From: an uncultured delta proteobacterium
GTDB lineage: Bacteria; Desulfobacterota; WTBG01; CAIYCZ01
NCBI GenBank assembly: GCA_963803975.1
Contig: CAWDOY010000041.1
Coordinates: 1 to 15,489, forward strand
Direction of reading: 5' to 3'
Length of the DNA stretch: 15,489 nucleotides
Numbering within the stretch: position 1 is the first letter of the stretch; the number at the start of each line of letters is the position of its first letter. The notes beneath the pieces were generated by a model. The model worked only from the letters and a program-made list of their open reading frames with translations, ran no database searches and was not told where the DNA came from. Shown one piece after another: positions 7,179 through 15,280 of this stretch. A program made the translations under genes and the position numbers.

Positions 7179-9518
7179 TTATTTCCCGGGAAACCATACG
7201 GGGCGCGGGGTGGCGCTGACCGGGCCAAAAGAAGCGCTGCCGCCGGAAAATTCATGCTCAATTTGATAATAATACATGGTGCGGCTTTTAAGAGGCGCAT
7301 CGCGATACACATACTGAAGTTCCACGGAACTGCTGCCGCTTGATGCAATGGGTGCTTCATTCAATTTTACAAAAGGGCCTGCGGCGGTTTCTGCCCGGTA
7401 GATATTGAACCCAATGCTCCCGGCTTCTCCCGCAGTCATCCACGTGAGCTGCACCGAACCACTGCGCGGCTCCGCGGTCAATCCCACAACAGCATTAAGC
7501 GCTCTCATTTCGCAGGCCTCATCATGATAGCCGCCGACAGAGTGATCATCAATAGCTTCAAGGATGCTTGCTGCAGCGGCCTGTATAACATATGAGCGTG
7601 CGGGGCCGTTGCCCTGCGACAGCACTGTTCCGGCGAGTATGACGGTCGTGGGCTTTTGCGCGCTGCCCTTCTTCACCGGTACGGGTTTGCGCAGCAGTGA
7701 TGTTCGTGCGGGAGTGCTTCCCCAGCCGCTGGCATCCATGACCTTGACGGTGAAATATTCGCTGTCGAAGTCAGTATCAATGCGGTAGTCGTCACCGTCT
7801 TCTGAGTGCGTCTGGCGAAACCATTTTTTGCTCCCCGCTGCGCTCTGCAAAGCATGATTGCCGAGCGTCAATTCCCGGAAACTCTGTATCGTGTCTACAT
7901 TTTCCGCGTCCCACAGAACGGGGATGGCGATCACGTAATCAAAATTGTCGATGCCGTTATCGATCACCTGCCCCAGTCCGTTCACATAGACGCCGTTGAT
8001 GGCGCTATCTATATGCTCGCCGGTGCTCATGATGCTGCCCATAGGCTTGCCGCGGGAAGGCGGATCGGCATTGGTGTCCTCAAGAAAAGGCTCTGAAAAT
8101 TCGTTTACAGCAGACACAACTTCATGCCTGCCGCTCCAGGAATCTTTAAGATAGCTTTCTACCCGCGCAACGGCGCGCGCTGCAAGGCTGTTTTCCATGT
8201 TTGAGTAGGCATCACACTGGGCGCCCTTCATATAGCCGCTTGAATATCCGTGAAAAGCAAGAATCACTTTCACTTTTTTTTCACTGCTGATTTGATATCT
8301 GGCCACCGTATGCTTGAACATCTCCACTACCGCTTCGGTGAAGGCCGGATAGTCACCGAAGGGCCGCGCAAACGTGATCTGCAAGCCGGGAGCACGTTCT
8401 CTTGCCATATGATAAACCTCCGGAAACGCGGCCAGGAAGTTGCGCCAGGGTTTCTTCGCGAGCAGAGTATTGAGGTCCCGGTCATTTTCCGGGCCGTAGC
8501 CATCACTGACATCGGTGATGCAGTCATAGTAGGTTGCATTATCAACGCGGCTCACACCGGCAGCGCCGGCATCACGCCAGCAGTAGCCAAAAGTGATAAT
8601 ATTGCTATAGTGAGCGCCGTTGCTGAGAACTATGAGACGATCGACCTTTTCATCTTCAATCAATTCCTTCAGGGCGGTTTCGGTGCTGTCCGGTATTGCG
8701 GAAGCCTTTTTATAGGCATCCCGGTTGCGCATGTAGGATTCCCATCCATTGCGAAAGACAATGGTTGTTTGGCTGTCAATTGACTTCTCGACCGCATCCT
8801 TGATATTGCTCAGCTCCGGGGCATCGGGCTCATAGCCATAGAGTGCGGGAGCGGCATTTCCGTAAATGAAGCGCAGAAACTGCCTGCGGGACGGATCGAT
8901 GAAATCCGTGAGGCGGTAATGGTAGTCCATATAGGTGAATGCATACTGCTCCTCAAAATCGGCGAAGCCGATGCCGGGTCCATCGGGATCATCAACATGG
9001 GGGCCGAGGATTTCCTTGCCCGTGGATGGATCAATGGTGCTGTGGCCTGAGGCAATAAAATAGGGGAGCACGCCAGGATAGCAATCGGCAAAAAAACCGT
9101 TTTTGCCGAACAGCCGGTGTTCAGATATCGAGTGCACAGGATAGCGCTCAAGGTTTGTATATTCTTTGCAGAATATGTCAATTGGAGTTCCCTGCGAAAT
9201 GTGCTTGCCACTGACCTGGCTGCAGACTGTGGCCTCGGCCTCATTGGCATAATGGATAAGGCTGAAGCAGGTGCCACCCTCAAGCTGCCCGCCGGTCAAC
9301 ATGCCGGGTGTAAAAATCGGAAAAAAATGATCTGTGTAGCCGACAATCCAGTCAGGCTTATAGGTTTCATTCATACCGGCGCCAATAACCAGCACACCGA
9401 TTTTCTGATTCGCCGCGCAATAGCCGGCTGAATAAATGCAGCCCCAAAAGCCTGCAGCAAGCATAAGCAGCACTGTTTTTTTCATCATGGCCAGTAATCG
9501 TCCACCTTGATTTTCCAT
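7179..9518 (-). CDS. Exported protein with ferrochelatase-like (class II chelatase fold) motifs and a C-terminal FN3-like domain
   Basis: Intact 779-aa ORF with a signal-like MKKTVLLMLAAGFWGCIYSAGYCA (alternative start 9488). HemH-like blocks occur in order: KIGVLVIGAG, PDSTETALKELIEDEKVDRLIVLSNGAHYS, ITFARPFGDYPAFTEAV, VILAFHG...DAY, YVIAIPVLWDAENVDT. The tail is VQLTW...GFNIYRA...YVYRD...YYYQIE. The CDS is secure; the fold assignment is by eye. Confidence 0.7.
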   Translation of the reverse strand: MENQGGRLLAMMKKTVLLMLAAGFWGCIYSAGYCAANQKIGVLVIGAGMNETYKPDWIVGYTDHFFPIFTPGMLTGGQLEGGTCFSLIHYANEAEATVCSQVSGKHISQGTPIDIFCKEYTNLERYPVHSISEHRLFGKNGFFADCYPGVLPYFIASGHSTIDPSTGKEILGPHVDDPDGPGIGFADFEEQYAFTYMDYHYRLTDFIDPSRRQFLRFIYGNAAPALYGYEPDAPELSNIKDAVEKSIDSQTTIVFRNGWESYMRNRDAYKKASAIPDSTETALKELIEDEKVDRLIVLSNGAHYSNIITFGYCWRDAGAAGVSRVDNATYYDCITDVSDGYGPENDRDLNTLLAKKPWRNFLAAFPEVYHMARERAPGLQITFARPFGDYPAFTEAVVEMFKHTVARYQISSEKKVKVILAFHGYSSGYMKGAQCDAYSNMENSLAARAVARVESYLKDSWSGRHEVVSAVNEFSEPFLEDTNADPPSRGKPMGSIMSTGEHIDSAINGVYVNGLGQVIDNGIDNFDYVIAIPVLWDAENVDTIQSFRELTLGNHALQSAAGSKKWFRQTHSEDGDDYRIDTDFDSEYFTVKVMDASGWGSTPARTSLLRKPVPVKKGSAQKPTTVILAGTVLSQGNGPARSYVIQAAAASILEAIDDHSVGGYHDEACEMRALNAVVGLTAEPRSGSVQLTWMTAGEAGSIGFNIYRAETAAGPFVKLNEAPIASSGSSSVELQYVYRDAPLKSRTMYYYQIEHEFSGGSASFGPVSATPRPVWFPGK

Positions 9519-9877
9519 GGGTGAGTCTCTTTCTTTTTATAGGACACAATGTAAAAATAAAGAAGCTGGTACGTCCTTTTGGGATCGGCAAAGTATAGGC
9601 AGGTGGCGGTTGTATGTCAATAAAAATGAGGCTGCAAGATACTGGAAGTAATTTTGAAAGTAATGTGCAGCGTAATTTAAAGATGTCTCTTGATCGCGAA
9701 TAGATGGACAAAAAATATATTTTTAGATATAGGTTTTTATCTGTTGCGCAATGACTGCGCTTATCAGGTTGTTGAAAAAGTAGTTTTTTCCCAGGCGCTT
9801 GTCATGGGCTCGCGCCTCTTAGAAAAAATAGCAAAGACGCCAAAAACATAACATTGCTGCACAGGGGGACCGGGTTC

Positions 9878-10583
9878 ATGGCAGAAGAATTAAAAGATAT
9901 TCATACCCTTTTTCTTGACCGGATTACCAGCCGCTATTGCTTGAGGGAGATGGCCCTGAAGCACCCGTTTCCTGAGCGGCCCCTGCGGGCCCTGGGGATT
10001 ATCAAAATTGACGGTAAGGTATATGAATCTGATAAATTTCTGCGGGTGATGGTTCTTACCACAAACTTCATGGCCTCTTCCCGGTGCTCCCGCTCCATCT
10101 TTCTCGGGCCCCGGCCTGAATTCTATCTCCCCATATTTTCCTCGGAAACAATTCTCATGGGAGCGAAGCGGGCGTTTCTGGTGGACATTCACCCGACCGT
10201 GCGCAGCGAGCGGTGGGACGGGCTCAGGGTCGAGGAGCGTCTGCTGGACATAAAGGGCCGGTACCAGGAGCTCTTTGCAGCAGCCCCTGACGCTCAAGGG
10301 GAAGATAAACGATATCATGTCAAAAGCCCATTGTTATGTGCAGGTGCCCCCGGAACGTGATGCTCTGGCACTTGGCCTGTTCAACGAATACCTTGATATA
10401 TTCCTGGAACTGGTTGACCAGGCAGCCCCTGCCACAGAAGAGGAGAGAAAAAAGGCTGCAACGGATTTTGAGAACTACCATCAGACCGTTATCAACCACG
10501 ACCCCGCGGTCAAGCTCTATTCCGTACTGTTCGGCAAACAGGGGGGCCTTGAACGGGTCAATGATCTGTTCTTCGCGCGATAA
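9878..10583 (+). CDS. Ferredoxin-dependent bilin reductase / red chlorophyll catabolite reductase fold protein (~234 aa; one frameshift near 10280)
   Basis: AGGGGG followed by ATG at 9878. ORFs 9854-10360 and 10275-10583 join at FA/QPLTLKG. Family-like motifs are PRPEFYLPIFSSE, FLVDIHP, LFNEYLDIFLELVDQAAP and Y...NHDPAVKLYSVLFG...LFF. The length is typical for the family. Confidence 0.75.
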
Positions 10584-10629
10584 GCTGTTCGCAACAGCAT
10601 CCCTGCGGTATATTTTCTGCGCGCCACTA

Positions 10630-10668
10630 ATAAAGGCCATGGAATCGTTCCATGGCCTTTATCTTTTT
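10630..10668. terminator. Intrinsic terminator between convergent genes
   Basis: Perfect 15-bp inverted repeat ATAAAGGCCATGGAA-tcg-TTCCATGGCCTTTAT (10630-10662) followed by CTTTTT, located between the stops at 10583 (+) and 10723 (-). Confidence 0.8.
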
Positions 10669-10722
10669 CGCAGCTCTGCGACTACCGGCAATTACGGTTC
10701 AGGCACGCCTCAAGCAATGCAG

Positions 10723-12189
10723 TTAGAACAGCAAATTAATATCTACAGTCTGCTGCGTTCCCTCCTGAAAATTAACAACCTTTCTTCCGGGCACATGCGG
10801 AAATTTTTTCACCCGCACTCTATAGGTATCGCTTTCCAGGTTGTTAAACAGATACGCGCCGTTCTCATCAGTGTAGGTTTTAAGCGTTATCCCCGAACCG
10901 GCGCTGCCCTGCAGGGAAACCTGGGCATGGGCTAATGGTTTGCCTAAAGCGGTAACCTGCCCGGTAATTGCAGGCTGCACCTTCTGGGCAAGGTTTACTG
11001 CCATGGGTGTGCCGTACTCCGACAGATATTCGCAGGGCGGGCCCACCGCGTAGTAGGCCGTGGTGCCGGAGAAAATATTTGCTATGGTGGTAATGGTGCT
11101 CTCGCCCCTGCGGCAGATGGTATTATTGTCGGACTCTCCGCCTGAGCTGTCAGTCAGTATTTTCCAGCAGGTCTCCAGATCATATTTTTCAAACCCGGGC
11201 AAAAGCTCCATAAGCCTTTTGTAGCGCGCCTGCGAGGAGATAACCGAGGCTTTGGCCAGGTCCGCATCGGTGCGAGGGGAGAAGTCATCGTCAAACTCAT
11301 TGGTGTAGCCGATATAGGTGACCCCCGGTTTCAGCTCCTGTCCGTAGGTAACTTTTATCTCATGCGAGCAGACCTGGAGCCGGGCCATGGAGGAATCCTT
11401 AAAATCTACAAACAGGAAATTTGACGTGCTGTAGCCATAGGTCCCCCCCGCATCCAGAAATGCTGTAAAGCTCTCAACAGCTTCCGCAACGCTGCTGCAG
11501 GTGGCCATAACCTCGCGGGTTTTCAACAGCACGGTCAGCCCTGCGGCAGGATTTTTATTCCGGCCGCCCACATTGTAGGTGACGGCGAGACCGCTGTCAT
11601 TGACGGCAAGCGCCGCGCCCACAAACGCAGGCGGAGAAGAAGGACAGGAAGGCATTGTCGCCATTGTCGGGCTGGTAATAAATCAGTGAACCCAGCTCCA
11701 CATTGGCGGAGGAGTTGTCGGTGTTGTGGCAGAGAAACGTTCCCTGATCCGAGCGCAGGGCAAACGCAGTGCACCCCTGCACTTCCTTGTCGAGGCTGTG
11801 TTTGTTCATGATATCAAAGCCGAGGTTTGCTACCAGCACCCACGTCCCAGGCAGTGTCATAGGGAACGGACCAGTACTCATTCAGCCCCTGTGCCAGGCC
11901 CTCCATCTGCTCCTGTATGGATGCAGGGATGAGCTCTTTTACCTCATCATAGTAGGCCCGGGTTTCATCTGCTCCAATATTCATAAAGGTGTTAAAAACC
12001 ATGCCGGTATACATTATGGTGTCGCCGAAATGCATGGCGGTCTGTTTACCGATCTCCTTCCAGCTTCCCTGGTAGGAATAGGTCGGATACATCCGGGGAA
12101 GAGAAGCTGCCGGAGCAGCCAGCGCGGCGCAGAAAAGAAGAGCACCGCAGATACAAAACAGACAGAAAATGGTTTTAAATGCTCTTCAT
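10723..12189 (-). CDS. Exported C45-family Ntn-hydrolase (acyl-CoA:6-APA acyltransferase-like) with a C-terminal carboxypeptidase-regulatory-like domain; about 4 frameshifts
   Basis: AAGGAGAG followed by ATG at 12189 and a signal-like FSVCFVSAVLFFS..ALAAP. It shows the YQGSWKEIGKQ and EQMEGLAQG segments, the autoproteolysis site G|CTAFALRSDQGTFLCHNTD, AVNDSGLAVTYN and SQARYKRLMELL. The tail is ITGQV...PLAHAQVSL...TDENGAYLFNNLESDTYRVRV. Joined from ORFs 12014-12235, 11814-12092, 11597-11881 and 10723-11664. Confidence 0.82.
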
Positions 12190-12253
12190 ATTCTCTCCTT
12201 TCGCTGAATAAATTGACGGTGAAGAACCTGAGCAAAGTTATCCTGCTATTCTT

Positions 12254-12304
12254 AATCTGGAACTCAGGAACTCACGGGGGAATTCAAATCAAGGGTTCCA
12301 GATT
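12254..12304. repeat. Small intergenic inverted repeat containing an 8-bp tandem repeat
   Basis: AATCTGGAAC (12254-12263) pairs with GTTCCAGATT (12295-12304), and GGAACTCA occurs twice in tandem (12259-12274). Confidence 0.5.
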
Positions 12305-12377
12305 TTACGTTCTATTTTGCAGAAAAACAGAGCACAGGCAGTGCTCAGATCTTACGCCTGGTTCAAAAATCCAATAA

Positions 12378-13169
12378 TTAAATTTCCTCCCAGGCAAACA
12401 CGCCCGGCTGCGTAAGCGAGCGACAGGCCCGGGCCGTTCTGACTGTTTCCTGATGCAAGATGTTCATCAGAACCATTGAAAGACCGGCCTCGGCAAGCAT
12501 GCACAGGCAGGCGCTTTCCAGAAGCAATTTTTTTTCCTGAGGGCCGGCAGCAGCAGTGAGGTTTGAAAGACCGGCAATGGTCCTCACGGGAAACCCCAGG
12601 AGATCGGGAAGCCGGCGATGACAGAAAGCAGCTCCCGGTTCTGAACTTGTGCCGTCCTGCCACGTTACGGGAACTATAATGGGGTCAAGTATCAGACGCT
12701 CCCGTTCGATTCCTGCCGCGCGTGTTGCCGCGAATACGTCGCAGGCAATCTGCAGCCGCTCCTCCACACCGGCCGGCACCTGACCGTCCGGCCGCAGCAG
12801 ATAGCAGATCACTGTCCGCGTCATATTCTGTTGCCAGCGGAAGTATCGCGTCCCGCTTTGCCGGCTCAAGGGAAAAGCCGTTTATGACTGCCCTGTTCCT
12901 GCACGCACGAAGCCCTGCCTCCATGGCACGCGGCTCAGCAGTGTCAATCACCAGGGGAAGGCCGGTGACAGCCCTGCACGGTCTCAACGAGAAAGGCCAT
13001 CCTGCTGCCTGAGTCACGGCCCAGGGGGCCCTGGATTTATGTCAATGGCCCCAGCCCCGACTGCTTCGCACTTTTGCACCAGCTTCCTGATCGGCTCCGG
13101 GTCCATCTGATCGAGGGCCTGCTTCAAGCTCCTGTTGGTGATGGTCAGGTTGTCTGCAATAAGCAGCAT
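12378..13169 (-). CDS. Pterin-binding TIM-barrel protein, methyltetrahydrofolate:corrinoid methyltransferase (AcsE-like); several frameshifts
   Basis: Reading from ATG 13169 (not in the ORF track): MLLIADNLTITNRSLKQAL...GAGAIDINPGP, then ETVQ/AVTGLPLVIDT, AMEAGL, AVINGFS, LILDPIIVPV and TIAGLSNLT, ending FAWEEI*. About 263 aa, the size expected for AcsE. Confidence 0.85.
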
Positions 13170-13413
13170 ATTTCTACACACTATAGATTTCAGACTTTAG
13201 CTATATGTCCTGAGAATGTTCACTATACTATCTTCGCGCCGGTTTCAATAGAATAGTCCTTGCGAGCAAATGATCCCGGTGCTGTACTTTGGGGTTGTTC
13301 TTGAAAGAAACGCATTTTTTAGGAGCAAAGTGCAAGAGATTGCTCCAATGCTCTCTTTATGTTAAACTTAATTAAATTATAAGCAGGGCCGGTAATAACA
13401 GGAGATGTTTCAG

Positions 13414-13905
13414 ATGATTAAATTACTAAAAAGAAATACCCTTACCATAGTGCTGCTTTTGAGCATGGCAGGCTGCGCGCCGAAACCGCTCATCAAGGTT
13501 GATATTGACACCTATTTGAAGAATCAGGCGCAATACGAGGATAAGAACGTAGTCATTGTGACCACCCTAAAGGATGTCATGGCGCATTATGATCTGTACA
13601 AGAGGAAAGACATTGAGCTGTCCGCCCCGGTTACCTATTACGGGAAAAGTTTATTCTGGACCTGGTACCTGATGCTGGAAAAAGACGGGATGAAACTGCG
13701 CTGCTACGAGGACAAGTACCGGCAGTATCCGGACTCGCTTGCAGTTGACGTGGGGCTGAGAGCTCGAAGCAGCGGGGACGAGGTGACGGTGCGGGGAAAG
13801 CTCTATAGTGACGGCATCTCTCTGGACCGGATCATCTATGACGGCTACGACATAAATACGAATAATCCGGTCCGGCCCACTGTCCCGCTTATGCTCAGGT
13901 ATTAG
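13414..13905 (+). CDS. Putative lipoprotein, OB-fold-like hypothetical protein
   Basis: GGAG lies 9 nt before ATG 13414 (ATG 13405 abuts the RBS). Signal KLLKRNTLTIVLLLSMAG|C with a lipobox. The C-terminal GDEVTVRGKL strand pattern is typical of OB folds. Confidence 0.8.
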   Translation: MIKLLKRNTLTIVLLLSMAGCAPKPLIKVDIDTYLKNQAQYEDKNVVIVTTLKDVMAHYDLYKRKDIELSAPVTYYGKSLFWTWYLMLEKDGMKLRCYEDKYRQYPDSLAVDVGLRARSSGDEVTVRGKLYSDGISLDRIIYDGYDINTNNPVRPTVPLMLRY

Positions 13906-13986
13906 TCAGGAAACCTGGAGATTGTCTGAGGCAGTAGGGAAGCTGGGGATGTAAAAAATTAGTGTACCCGATAAATTTTGCAGCAT

Positions 13987-14016
13987 AAAAAAGGAGCGGT
14001 CTTCGCCGCTCCTTTT
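13987..14016. terminator. Bidirectional intrinsic terminator
   Basis: AAAAAAGGAGCGG-tcttcg-CCGCTCCTTTT between the convergent stops at 13905 and 14039, with a T-tract on both strands. Confidence 0.88.
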
Positions 14017-14038
14017 GTTGTACATGAATCAGGACAGA

Positions 14039-15280
14039 TTACTTTTTGTATATTTTACCCAAAATATTGCCGCCGGCGCTCATGATATGTCCCTCTACTG
14101 AATCGGACACGCCCGGAAAATCACTCTGCCAGACCATTAAAAAAGTGTTGCTTTTGGCGTCATGGGCAACTCGCACAAAGCGCTGATTCCCGTCACCGTT
14201 AAAAATATCGATCATGCCGGCCTCGGGCTGACCATTGGCATCAAGCCACATGGCCGCTATATCCAGATGCGCGGTAATGTCCTTAAAATAAAACTTATCC
14301 ACAACATTGCGGTCGCGCTCAAAGACGATAAAGTATTTATCCTCCTGCGGCAGATACAGGGTATGGCTTATCATCTGTGCGCCGGGCGCATCAACCAGGG
14401 TAAAATCTCCCGCCGGCATGGTGCCGTCGGCTTTCACGATTCTGCCCATAATGCCGACGTTTTGCAGGCTGTCGCGGCTATCGGTCCAGCTGGCCAGAAA
14501 CTGATTGGTTTTTGAGTTGTAGGCGATACCGTTAAAGCGCTGATCGCCATCAATGCCTTTGGCATCAGCGCACATGGGGATATTATTGACCAGAACAGTG
14601 CCGTCTGCGGCAAGCAGCGCGCCGTAGATATCGGTCATGACTTCGAGCGTTTCAAGTGCAGGGAGGCTGTCGCCGTGAGCCCTGAAATCCTCCCAGTTGA
14701 CAAGATAGGTATCATCCTGCGGGTTGTAGCAGGCCACGGGGTTCACCTGATGCCCTGCCGCATTGCTGATGAGAAATTCTTCTTTCACTGCCGCGCCGGT
14801 GTCATCTATGATAACCCCGTAAACACTACTGACGTCGTCCCTGAAGTCGTTGTAGGTTATGAAAAACTGATTTCTTCTGAAATTGAATGCCATGGTGAAA
14901 TGAAACTGGTTTGCAGGCACATCGGTTACCTTGAAGTGCCCCCCGACAGCCCTGCCGTCCGCATCTAGAATGACGCCCCGAATATTGAAATAGCTTTCCC
15001 CCAGACAGTAGATCACCAGGTACTGATTTTTGTTCGGGTTGTACAGCACGCGCGGCAGCATCAGCACATCTTCGGTTTTCACCACCTCAACAGGCTCGCC
15101 CAGCGCCTCTCCCAGGCTTGAAATTTTCTGTCCATAAATAAAGTTATCTGCAGTCTGGCTTTCTTCGCCCGGGACGGCGGCCCAGACAACAAAAAAATTG
15201 TTCTCTACTGAATTACAGGCCACATCAGGCAGCGATTTTTTACGGTCATTACAGGAAATTTCAATGCAATTGTTTTTCAT
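14039..15280 (-). CDS. Hypothetical protein with seven ~50-70 aa beta-rich repeats (probable beta-propeller)
   Basis: Intact ORF with GGAGAG before ATG 15280. The motif [P]xVxYNxxxxxFLVxWxD...IxGxxxxxxG recurs seven times. No signal peptide is evident. Confidence 0.82.
   Translation of the reverse strand: MKNNCIEISCNDRKKSLPDVACNSVENNFFVVWAAVPGEESQTADNFIYGQKISSLGEALGEPVEVVKTEDVLMLPRVLYNPNKNQYLVIYCLGESYFNIRGVILDADGRAVGGHFKVTDVPANQFHFTMAFNFRRNQFFITYNDFRDDVSSVYGVIIDDTGAAVKEEFLISNAAGHQVNPVACYNPQDDTYLVNWEDFRAHGDSLPALETLEVMTDIYGALLAADGTVLVNNIPMCADAKGIDGDQRFNGIAYNSKTNQFLASWTDSRDSLQNVGIMGRIVKADGTMPAGDFTLVDAPGAQMISHTLYLPQEDKYFIVFERDRNVVDKFYFKDITAHLDIAAMWLDANGQPEAGMIDIFNGDGNQRFVRVAHDAKSNTFLMVWQSDFPGVSDSVEGHIMSAGGNILGKIYKK

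Noticed and set aside
9780..9870. c-di-GMP or other riboswitch upstream of the FDBR-like gene
   Set aside because: GCAAAGACGC resembles part of a GEMM motif, but the required paired stems and tetraloop/receptor are not present.
10336..10935. 199-aa plus-strand ORF, and other shadow ORFs (e.g. 8250-8783, 11769-12377, 4025-4348, 14162-14515)
   Set aside because: They overlap well-supported genes in other frames or strands and show no recognisable motifs. The 199-aa ORF also runs through a terminator.
12378..13169. folP dihydropteroate synthase
   Set aside because: It lacks the FolP NxTPDSFSDGG and SRK motifs. GLSN and the N-terminus fit the AcsE/MetH pterin-binding branch.
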